Below are positions 36,996-45,477 of a stretch of 64,000 nucleotides of DNA, piece by piece; within the stretch, counting starts at the first letter, position 1; every line of letters begins with the position of its first letter. The DNA lies in NCBI GenBank assembly GCA_048885705.1, contig JBHLLJ010000002.1, forward strand, positions 1,117-65,116. The letters are read 5' to 3'. The notes beneath the pieces are model-generated. The model did not search any database. It was not told where the DNA came from and saw only the letters and a list, made by a program, of their open reading frames with translations. The position numbers and the translations under genes were made by a program. This DNA comes from Candidatus Hermodarchaeota archaeon. Its GTDB lineage: Archaea; Asgardarchaeota; Lokiarchaeia; Sigyniarchaeales; SOKP01.

Positions 36996-38453
36996 TTAGT
37001 TCATTCTTATTTTTTTAATTGAGATATGATGAGTATTTAAAAAATCTACATAATCACACAAGAGTGAAATACTTCTCGCAGCATCTCTTAATGATAAGAA
37101 ATATAAAACTCTCTTTTTATGTAATAATTTTTTTGCAGAATTAAATCTTTTAGCTAAAGCACCATCATCTGCTAAATTTGGTAAACAAAAAGCAAATGGT
37201 TTTGAAACTGAATCTCGAATGCTAATCATTCTATTAAAAACATGACGATAAATATGATCTGGCCAAAGTGGAATAATTATAAAATCAATATTAGGATCAT
37301 TAACCACAATATCCATACATTTAGTAAAAATATTTAAAATAAATCCTGATGCTCCTAAATCAATAGGATTTCTTATATTTACATTTACGTCCGGTAAAAC
37401 CTTCCCAATTTTTGATTGCGATTCAGGAGTTAGTTCTGGTATTAAAAGATTTTGGGAAGCAAATAAGTCGGTTAAATTAACAGACGCACCACCTCCCGGA
37501 GTAACAATTCCTATATTCCTTCCTTTTGGAAGGTAATTTGGATATAAAATTTCGAAAGTTTTAATACTATTCCAAAATTCTTCGTTATCTTTAACAAGGG
37601 TTGTACCTGTTTGAATAGTCATTGATTCCCATAATCGATTGTTGGAAGCTATAGCCCCAGTATGTGAAAAGGCAGCTCTTGAACCCTCTTTAGTATATCC
37701 ACCTTTCCATAGTATTACTGGTTTAATTTTTGTGGTTTTTTTAAGTTCTATGAACAATTCCTGGGCTTTAGCAGAACCAGTTGATTCTAGATATGCGGCA
37801 ATTAGAGAAGTTTTTGAATCTTGACGAAAAAATTTCATAAAATCGACACAATTTAAATCAATTTGATTACCAAAACTAACACCATAACGATATCTTATAT
37901 CACGTCTATACCCCACGTCAACTAATTGGGTTAAGTGTCCTCCAGACTGTGACATAAATGATACTTCACCGCGGTTCCCTTTTTGAGAAGCAAAAGTAAG
38001 TGCCATCCCAATTTCAGCATTTAAAGGTCCTAAACAATTAGGACCAATTATCCTTGTTTCTGTACCTTTAATAATACTTAAGAGTTCCTCCTCCAATTTT
38101 TTACCTCTAAGAGCTCCCGTTTCAGAAAATCCTGAAGCGAAAATTATAATCCATTTTATTTCTTTCTGAACACACTCTTTTAGTACTTCTGGGATATTAT
38201 CTGTTTTCAATGAAATATATGCTGTATCAATTGGAAATGGAACATCTAAAACTGATGGATAGCATTTCCAATCCATTATACTATCATATTTAGGATTAAT
38301 TGGATAAAATGTATTTGCCCATATGGAATCTTTAAAAGCCGGCAGATACATCATTGAACCTAATCTTGAGCTCTCTGAAGCACCGATAAACGCGATACGT
38401 TTAGGGTAAAATAAAGAATGAAGATTTTCAGTATCTTTTTTAGAGTCGTTCAT
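36996..38453 (-). CDS. Acetyl-CoA synthetase (ADP-forming) alpha-type / CoA-binding, succinyl-CoA-synthetase-like protein
   Basis: 485 aa with the CoA-binding N-terminus RIAFIGASESSRLG and a phosphohistidine-loop-like RAAFSHTGAIAS. Confidence 0.7.
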   Translation of the reverse strand: MNDSKKDTENLHSLFYPKRIAFIGASESSRLGSMMYLPAFKDSIWANTFYPINPKYDSIMDWKCYPSVLDVPFPIDTAYISLKTDNIPEVLKECVQKEIKWIIIFASGFSETGALRGKKLEEELLSIIKGTETRIIGPNCLGPLNAEIGMALTFASQKGNRGEVSFMSQSGGHLTQLVDVGYRRDIRYRYGVSFGNQIDLNCVDFMKFFRQDSKTSLIAAYLESTGSAKAQELFIELKKTTKIKPVILWKGGYTKEGSRAAFSHTGAIASNNRLWESMTIQTGTTLVKDNEEFWNSIKTFEILYPNYLPKGRNIGIVTPGGGASVNLTDLFASQNLLIPELTPESQSKIGKVLPDVNVNIRNPIDLGASGFILNIFTKCMDIVVNDPNIDFIIIPLWPDHIYRHVFNRMISIRDSVSKPFAFCLPNLADDGALAKRFNSAKKLLHKKRVLYFLSLRDAARSISLLCDYVDFLNTHHISIKKIRMN

Positions 38454-38620
38454 TGACTGAATAAATTCAAAAATTTTTTAAAAACTTACTATTTACTCAT
38501 TACATTAAATCCACGCAATAAGAATTAAATATTAAAAAACCAAATTTTTAATTCAATTTAAAATTAGACTACACATATAAATTCATTTTTCTAAATACAA
38601 ATAAAAACATACTAAAAGAA

Positions 38621-40087
38621 TTGTCAAAAATGGCACGACCAAGCCCTTTAGAAGTTTATGCATTATTAGACAAAAGTAATTGTAAGGATTGCGGATATGA
38701 CACTTGTATGGCTTTTGCTACAGATATTCTTGAAAGAAAGGTTGTAGTACAAGATTGTACTCATCTAATGCAGGACCCAAAGCAATCAAAAAATCGAAAT
38801 AAACTTATTGCGCTTATAACTCCTCCCCAAAAACCTGTTGTTATTGGAACAGGAGAGAGAGCTGTTACCATTGGTGGGGAAGAAATATTAATGCGTCATC
38901 AACTTACCTTCTATAATCAAACAGGAATTTTTATTGAAGTTGCTGATGATGACCCAGATTTAGAAGAGATAGTAAAATATCTTACAGAACTTAAGATTGA
39001 AAGAATTGGGGATGTTCTAACTTTAGATGGAATTGCCTTAAGAAATGTCTCTGGAGAAGTTGATCAGTTTAAATTAGCAGCAAAGAAAATTGCTAACACA
39101 TCAGATCTTCCAATTATGCTATGCAGTCTTAATGCTGATATTTTATTGGGAGCAGCAGAAGTAATTAAAGATAGAAAACCTCTCCTTTATGCTATTACAA
39201 AAGATAATTGGGAACAGATTGGAAAGTATGCAATTCAAAATAATTTACCTGTTGCTATTACCTCCAATAATTTAGATGAATTAATGTCATTAAGTGCTAC
39301 TACACAAAAATTTGGCGTAAAAGAGATAGTTTTAGATTCAGGAACTTATTTTGGTCCCGGTAATCTTTCTGTAACTTATGACAATATTATGCAATTAAGA
39401 ACTGCAGCGATAGATAAAAAAGATATGAATGCAGGTTGGCCAGTTATGGGAGTTCCTGCGGCTTATTGGAGTCAAGTAAAAATTGGAAACAAGAAAAATC
39501 TCTGGGAACATCAATATCAAGAAGTCATTATGGGTGCTATAATGGAATCAATAGATACAAACCTTATTGTCTTACATACTGGTCAAAAGAAAGAAGAAAT
39601 CTGGGCTCTTTTAGCTTTAATGACACTACGCCAAAGTGTATTTTCAGATCCAAGAATTTATCCCGCTGTTGATCCTGGTCTTTATAAGGTTGGAGAACCA
39701 GATGAAATGGCTCCTATTTTTGTTACAAGTAATTATAGGATGACTAAAATACCTGTTGAGCAAGATTTACAAGGTGCAAATTTGAATTGTTGGCTTTTAG
39801 TCGTTGATACAGAGGGAATAGGAATTGAAAGCGCGGTAGCTGGTGGACAATTTAATGCTGGTGGAATAGCAGAAGCAGTGAAAGAATTTGGAGCCTTTGA
39901 TAAAGTAAATCACAGAATTTTAGTAATTCCCGGCATGGCTGCTCGTTTGAGTGGAGCTTTAGAAGATGAAGCAAATGCTTTTGTAGTTGTTGGACCTAGA
40001 GACAGTTCTGGAATCCCAAAGTTTATGGATACACAGTGGAAACCAGAAGAATTTATGAAAGAATTTGAATCTTGGTCAAAAGAATAA
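38621..40087 (+). CDS. cdhE: Corrinoid iron-sulfur protein large subunit (CdhE/AcsC, ACDS gamma)
   Basis: 488 aa with a TTG start and the N-terminal [4Fe-4S] motif LDKSNCKDCGYDTCMAFA. Length and layout match CdhE. No other cdh genes are in the window. Confidence 0.75.
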   Translation: MSKMARPSPLEVYALLDKSNCKDCGYDTCMAFATDILERKVVVQDCTHLMQDPKQSKNRNKLIALITPPQKPVVIGTGERAVTIGGEEILMRHQLTFYNQTGIFIEVADDDPDLEEIVKYLTELKIERIGDVLTLDGIALRNVSGEVDQFKLAAKKIANTSDLPIMLCSLNADILLGAAEVIKDRKPLLYAITKDNWEQIGKYAIQNNLPVAITSNNLDELMSLSATTQKFGVKEIVLDSGTYFGPGNLSVTYDNIMQLRTAAIDKKDMNAGWPVMGVPAAYWSQVKIGNKKNLWEHQYQEVIMGAIMESIDTNLIVLHTGQKKEEIWALLALMTLRQSVFSDPRIYPAVDPGLYKVGEPDEMAPIFVTSNYRMTKIPVEQDLQGANLNCWLLVVDTEGIGIESAVAGGQFNAGGIAEAVKEFGAFDKVNHRILVIPGMAARLSGALEDEANAFVVVGPRDSSGIPKFMDTQWKPEEFMKEFESWSKE

Positions 40088-40153
40088 GATAGATAAAATC
40101 TTTTTTATTTTTTTTCTCTTTTTTTAATTGCTTAGTAGAGTCATATATCTCTT

Positions 40154-40819
40154 TTAAATTAAAGAAAATATCATATTACTGTTTAAATCACTAACAGAAT
40201 TGATAATTAAAGCTTTTCCTATTTTTATGTCCTTTAATTGATTAGCTGAATGATTTCCTGTTAAAACTCCTATAAATGGACAATTTAAATTATTAGAAAG
40301 CATTACATCTTTAGGATGATCTCCAATAATAATAGTCTGATATTCAGCATATTTAGTATCGAAAATTTTCTTTAGACTAGGGTCAAGCTTACCTAATTCC
40401 TTTCTATCTTCTGTTTCTCCTAAAATAAAGTCAAAAAACTTTTGAATGTTTAAAATTTCAATGATCTTTTCTGCCATTTCTTGCTTTTTAGAAGTTATAA
40501 CCCCCAGGGTCAAGGATAATTCCTTTAATTCTTTTAGTTTTGACATAATTCCCGGTAATAAATTAGCTTGATATATTCCTTTTTTTCCATAGTAATCTCT
40601 GAATGTTGCTATTAGGGCTAAATAATCTTGGTTTGTTACTTTAGCAAACATCTCTTTCAAAGGTATGCCAATCATAGTCTCTATTATGTGACTTTTCAAT
40701 TTAGGCAGACCATGCTTTTTTAATGCGTAATTAAATGAATTTACAATGCCTTCACTATTATTAATTAAAGTGTTATCTAAATCAAAACTTAAGATAATCT
40801 TTCTATTTTTAATGTTCAT
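40154..40819 (-). CDS. HAD-superfamily hydrolase (phosphoglycolate phosphatase-like)
   Basis: 221 aa with motif I FDLDNTL, motif II VITSK and motif IV IIGDHPKD. Confidence 0.75.
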   Translation of the reverse strand: MNIKNRKIILSFDLDNTLINNSEGIVNSFNYALKKHGLPKLKSHIIETMIGIPLKEMFAKVTNQDYLALIATFRDYYGKKGIYQANLLPGIMSKLKELKELSLTLGVITSKKQEMAEKIIEILNIQKFFDFILGETEDRKELGKLDPSLKKIFDTKYAEYQTIIIGDHPKDVMLSNNLNCPFIGVLTGNHSANQLKDIKIGKALIINSVSDLNSNMIFSLI

Positions 40820-40906
40820 TTTCTTTTAATTCAGTAAAATGTAAAAATTAAATAAAAGAAGATTTATTAAAATTTGTTTTTAAAATTTTACCTTGATTTA
40901 AATTGA

Positions 40907-42127
40907 TTATGTCATATAAATTGTCAGTAATGGATCTCCTAAAAACATCATCCCATATACTTCTTCCCAGTGATTGAAAGGAATAATTTCTGGCCCATAG
41001 AACCAATCTTTAAAAGCTTCTCCAAAAATCTTTCTATCCCTTAAGGAATCGTAAAATGGTTGATATAGACACATCCCTCCCGATCTTGAACATCCAATTA
41101 CATTAAGTGTTTGACCACTAAAAAGGTAATGTGTGGCGATATTATTTGTAATCATCAGATTTGCTGAAAAACAAGAATACAAATTAAAGAATAGAGGTTG
41201 GGGTCCAGTATTATATATATCATTGTATGTTAAAATTCCATCATTAGGGGTCGACTGATATATATTAACACCAAATTGTTGTTCAGTACCATTAGAATGA
41301 GCTAATACATGTACAAGTTCAAAATTAGTATAAGCAGGATGAGTTATATCTGAAATGTTTGATAGAAAGTATGTAGCATTAGTAAAATCATTCGCATAAT
41401 AATTATAGTCTGATTCACAAGTAAGATTATTTCCCGTATAAGCAGTGAACGCACCAACCCATTCATTACTCCAAGCAGCCCATTCATCATCAATATAAAG
41501 TAATGCTTTATTTGGACGATAAGTAGCACCAGTTCTTAAGTTATGAGTCCTATTGAAGAAATTATTTAATGCCGTAATTGGATTGAAACCTGTTTTAGAT
41601 ATAGTATATGGACTGATTCGAGCAATCCAGATCTCCGGAAGTGCGTCTGCTGTGCCATTATTATGCTCAACATGATTATCAGTAGCACCAACATCATAAA
41701 AACCATTTGAATTCACATCAGTCCAATTTCCATCTAAATCCATTAAATAATAATCACAAGAAAATTGGCGAAACATAGCCCACGCAGAATCCCAATATTG
41801 TGCTTTCGCATAAGGAAGTTTTCCTATTAATACCGCTCCAATAAGTCCTTGAGAATAAGTATTTATCAAATCTTGCTTTAAATCGTCCACGGAATTATTT
41901 GACCAAGTGATCAGATCTACAGTATAGCCTTGATTAATTATATCTTGCCTATATTGAGTGATTTCAGCGTTTATTTGATTATAAATTGTAGAGTTGACAT
42001 AAATTCGTACATAATTTGGTGGAGCAGGTTGTCTCCCACTAAAAATAATTAGAGAAAAAGGAATTGTCGCTCCGATAAATATGATGCTTATTACTAAAAT
42101 AAGGATAATTTTATTAATTTTTTTCAT
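40907..42127 (-). CDS. Membrane-anchored clan-CD cysteine peptidase-like protein (gingipain/C25-like)
   Basis: 406 aa with an N-terminal signal-anchor helix. LIGKLPY...CDYYLMDLDG...PEIWIARISP resembles the C25 N-terminal region. Candidate His/Cys dyad in VLAHSNGTE and FFNLYSCFSAN. Confidence 0.5.
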   Translation of the reverse strand: MKKINKIILILVISIIFIGATIPFSLIIFSGRQPAPPNYVRIYVNSTIYNQINAEITQYRQDIINQGYTVDLITWSNNSVDDLKQDLINTYSQGLIGAVLIGKLPYAKAQYWDSAWAMFRQFSCDYYLMDLDGNWTDVNSNGFYDVGATDNHVEHNNGTADALPEIWIARISPYTISKTGFNPITALNNFFNRTHNLRTGATYRPNKALLYIDDEWAAWSNEWVGAFTAYTGNNLTCESDYNYYANDFTNATYFLSNISDITHPAYTNFELVHVLAHSNGTEQQFGVNIYQSTPNDGILTYNDIYNTGPQPLFFNLYSCFSANLMITNNIATHYLFSGQTLNVIGCSRSGGMCLYQPFYDSLRDRKIFGEAFKDWFYGPEIIPFNHWEEVYGMMFLGDPLLTIYMT

Positions 42128-42309
42128 AATTAATTCCTTCTTAAAGATTTGATTGATGAAGATTTCTAATTTATTTAATAGATCTTCTATATGAGATAAT
42201 TTAGAAATCTCTTTTTGATATTATCATATAGGTCTAATTTAAAATATTTAAGCTTTTATCCCAGACTAATTAGATATTCTACAAGAAAGTAAAATATAAT
42301 GATAAAGCA

Positions 42310-43962
42310 TTATTTTATTTTGAAACCTTTAAAAAGTTTTAAAAGAAACATTATTTCTTCCGAGGCTTCGATAATTCTCTGTAAATCGAAGGGAAAATTA
42401 TTTATATCAACCTCTTTCCCTTCAGAAACTCTTTCAATCATAATTTCTATTATTTTTTTATACTTTTTTACCGTAGTTCCTTCAGATTCTATTTCAGATA
42501 TTACTTTCCAAGCTTTATCTAATTTTCCTGTTAAGATGCATGAAATTGATGCTAATACATAACTAAGAACGATATGAGAATAACCAATATTCTTTAAATT
42601 TGCTGCTCGATAATAATATCGATACAAATTATTAACCATTTCTCTTAGAAGGAAATCTTTTGCAGTATCAAGCTGTTCATAAAATTTTATACTTTCTAAA
42701 ATCAAAGTTGCTGCTGTATAAAATTGCTTGTTTTTTAATCCTTCTTCAGCAATCTTATTCAAACCTTTTATAATTTGGTTAAAAATTCCAAAACTATTGA
42801 ATTCTAGTTCCCCTTCAATTGCCGCATCATAAGCATTTAAAAAACTCTCAGTAGATTCGTTAAAACTTCCAACTTTCCAATAATTATCACCAGCTTCTAC
42901 AAAATGTTTATATGCCATTTCAAAATTCTCGATTTCTTTAAAGATATTTGCTCCATCAAAAAAATTTGTTGCAGCTTGATTATAATCCTCAATTTTTTTT
43001 GAAAAGTTACCCGCTAAAACAAAACAAGAAGCACATTCAATTAGGTTATTCTGAATGTCTTGATAACATAATCCAGCACCTCGATAATATCGAGCAATTT
43101 TATAATAGTTGTCCTTTGTTTTTTCTAATGTTTCTGCTAAGTCTATGTACGCTCCTGCTTCTTTTTTAGAGAAATTTAAATATTGATCTTGTTTATCTAA
43201 AATCTTATATAAGTTTTTTAAGATCTGATAAATTTGAGCGAGAGTTAAATTATCATTGTTCTCTTCAAATTTGGTTGCTAAAATGGAGAAAAATTCTACG
43301 CCATTTAAAATAATATCTTGTGATTTATTATAATCATCGATTTCTTCATAACAAGATCCTATTTGTTGATAAGAGTAAGAGAGCATATCAAAATAGTCAT
43401 GTTTTTTAGAAATCTTGATAACTTTTCCATAGTATTCAATAGCATTCTTAAAATCGCTTAATTTCAAATATAGATCTGCTATATTTTGGAAATTTTGAGC
43501 TATTTTTCGCGTTTCATTAAACTCTTTTAAAAGATCACTTTCCTGTTTTAGAAATTTTATACTATTTAGAATATTTCTTTTTTCTGAATGAAAATCTCTA
43601 ATTTTCTCACGAAAAATTTCTGCGATTCTTAAATATAATTCAGCAATTTCATGTAATTTAGCTTGAAGTTTATAATCTACAATTTGCTTCTTATATAATT
43701 CAATTATTTCATTATATAATTTATGAGCTTCAGAAAAATCAATATTTTCCATTATTTCAGCAACAGAAAAAAGGAAATCCCCTGCTTCAAAAAATTCTCC
43801 AGATTGAGCAATCTCATTTGAAAAATTAATTGATTCTGAAACCATTTCGTAAATTATTTTATTCCTTTCTAAAGGATCTTGAATTTGTTTTAATTTGGAC
43901 TCATATTTTCTAAGTTTATCTAAAAATTCTATGTATTCGATGAATTCTTCTTCTTCAATAAT
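42310..43962 (-). CDS. TPR-like helical repeat protein (probable ATT start upstream of the track ATG)
   Basis: The 511-aa track ORF is rich in ~34-aa A/Y/L-patterned repeats. The frame is open 43 codons upstream of the ATG at 43845, to a TGA at 43975-43977, with no ATG/GTG/TTG. An ATT at 43962-43960 lies 8 nt after GAGGAG, 39 codons upstream of that ATG. Confidence 0.55.
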   Translation of the reverse strand: MIEEEEFIEYIEFLDKLRKYESKLKQIQDPLERNKIIYEMVSESINFSNEIAQSGEFFEAGDFLFSVAEIMENIDFSEAHKLYNEIIELYKKQIVDYKLQAKLHEIAELYLRIAEIFREKIRDFHSEKRNILNSIKFLKQESDLLKEFNETRKIAQNFQNIADLYLKLSDFKNAIEYYGKVIKISKKHDYFDMLSYSYQQIGSCYEEIDDYNKSQDIILNGVEFFSILATKFEENNDNLTLAQIYQILKNLYKILDKQDQYLNFSKKEAGAYIDLAETLEKTKDNYYKIARYYRGAGLCYQDIQNNLIECASCFVLAGNFSKKIEDYNQAATNFFDGANIFKEIENFEMAYKHFVEAGDNYWKVGSFNESTESFLNAYDAAIEGELEFNSFGIFNQIIKGLNKIAEEGLKNKQFYTAATLILESIKFYEQLDTAKDFLLREMVNNLYRYYYRAANLKNIGYSHIVLSYVLASISCILTGKLDKAWKVISEIESEGTTVKKYKKIIEIMIERVSEGKEVDINNFPFDLQRIIEASEEIMFLLKLFKGFKIK

Positions 43963-44225
43963 TTTGTATTCTCCTCAAAAAAGTAAAGCCTATTATATAC
44001 AAATTAAAGCAAAAATAAAAAAAATTGGATTTTAAGCCAACCTAAAATATAGAGTTTATTCAAATAAATATCAAGATAATTGCTGGATAATTAAAATAAG
44101 GTTAATAAAGTGTTTCAATCATGATAATTAATAGCTTTCTAAAACGAATAAAACTAAAAAAATAATATTAAATATTATTAGAAACATATAATAATTAAAA
44201 ATATTAGTTTGGTGTTTTTAACAAA

Positions 44226-44435
44226 GTGAAGCAAATAAGTGAATTATTAGATACTGGATTATTTGAAACATATAAACCAGAAAGAATGATGACTGTTGCT
44301 GATTTATTGAAAGAGCTCAATTTAGAAGATAAATATTTTGGTATTCTTGTAAATGGGAAAAAGGCAACTCCAGAAACTAAGATTGGTAAAGAAGACGAGA
44401 TTTTGATCCTTCCTCATATTGCTGGCGGAATTTAA
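44226..44435 (+). CDS. ThiS/MoaD-like ubiquitin-fold protein ending ...AGG-I
   Basis: 69 aa with a GTG start. TVADLLKELNL...ILVNGKKATPETKIGKEDEILILPHIAGGI follows the ThiS pattern (vNg..v......l.dgD.i.i...v.GG) with one residue after the GG. Confidence 0.55.
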   Translation: MKQISELLDTGLFETYKPERMMTVADLLKELNLEDKYFGILVNGKKATPETKIGKEDEILILPHIAGGI

Positions 44436-44486
44436 CTTAATTACTATTTTTTTGTCATCTTCTTTTCAAAAATATTAAAAACTAAG

Positions 44487-45467
44487 TTAATTAAGTTCAA
44501 TCTTAAGTAAATCTTCTGCTAAGATTGTATTTGGGAAAATTTTTTTAGCTTCTTCTAGTAATCTCATAGCATCATCCTGATATCTAGCAGATATATGGGT
44601 TAAAATGAGCTGCTTTGCATTCATTTTTTTAGCATCATTAGCAGCATCCACCGATGTAGAATGTTTTTTCTCTTCAGCAATATCTGCTAAGGCATTAGCG
44701 TAGGTTGCTTCATGAATCAATATATCTGATTCACGTCCGAGGTTTATTAAAGATTCACAAGGTTTCAAATCTCCGGTATAGGTTATTTTTCTTCCAGGTC
44801 TTTCTGGACCAACAATTCCCTCCTTAACGGGATCAATTTTTTTTCCATTGAGTTCAATAACTTGTCTTTCTTGTAAGTTTTTCCAAAGGTGACTTTCAGG
44901 GATTCCCAGATTTCTGGCAATTTCGGGAAAAAATTTACCATATCGTGGTTTTTCTATAAATGCGTAAGCAAAAGTGGTTATCGAATGGTCTACTAAAGCA
45001 TATTTTATTGAAAAATATTTTGAATCAAATATTACATTGTCATTTATCTCAATTATCTTATTTGGTTTTTCAGAATCTAAACCATCAAACTCTATTAATT
45101 TTTGATTATGATGGTCAATTTCTATTATCTTTATAGGATAATTAGCTTTTAAACCAAGAATTTTTTTATGGAGATATAAATAAAGAAAAAGATTTTGAGG
45201 TCCAAATATTATCATTGGAGCAGTTCTATCATTCAAACTTAAACGAAATAGGAATCCTGGGAGCCCAATAATGTGATCCCCATGAAAATGAGATATAAAG
45301 ATTTTCAATGGTTTATTAAACTTTAACCCTGCTTCTGCAAATTTGCGTTGAAAATCTTCTCCACAATCAAAAAGTAAAATTTGATTTTTATATCTTAGAG
45401 CAACACTTGAAAGATTTCTTTCTTTAAGAGGTGTCGCAGCTGCACTACCTAAAATAATAAGTTCCAT
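44487..45467 (-). CDS. rnz: Ribonuclease Z (tRNA 3' endonuclease)
   Basis: Metallo-beta-lactamase fold with MELIILGS...LFDCGE and the HFHGDH motif. I place the start at the ATG at 45467. The track start at 45521 would overlap the upstream gene. Confidence 0.85.
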   Translation of the reverse strand: MELIILGSAAATPLKERNLSSVALRYKNQILLFDCGEDFQRKFAEAGLKFNKPLKIFISHFHGDHIIGLPGFLFRLSLNDRTAPMIIFGPQNLFLYLYLHKKILGLKANYPIKIIEIDHHNQKLIEFDGLDSEKPNKIIEINDNVIFDSKYFSIKYALVDHSITTFAYAFIEKPRYGKFFPEIARNLGIPESHLWKNLQERQVIELNGKKIDPVKEGIVGPERPGRKITYTGDLKPCESLINLGRESDILIHEATYANALADIAEEKKHSTSVDAANDAKKMNAKQLILTHISARYQDDAMRLLEEAKKIFPNTILAEDLLKIELN

Positions 45468-45477
45468 TTTAATATGT

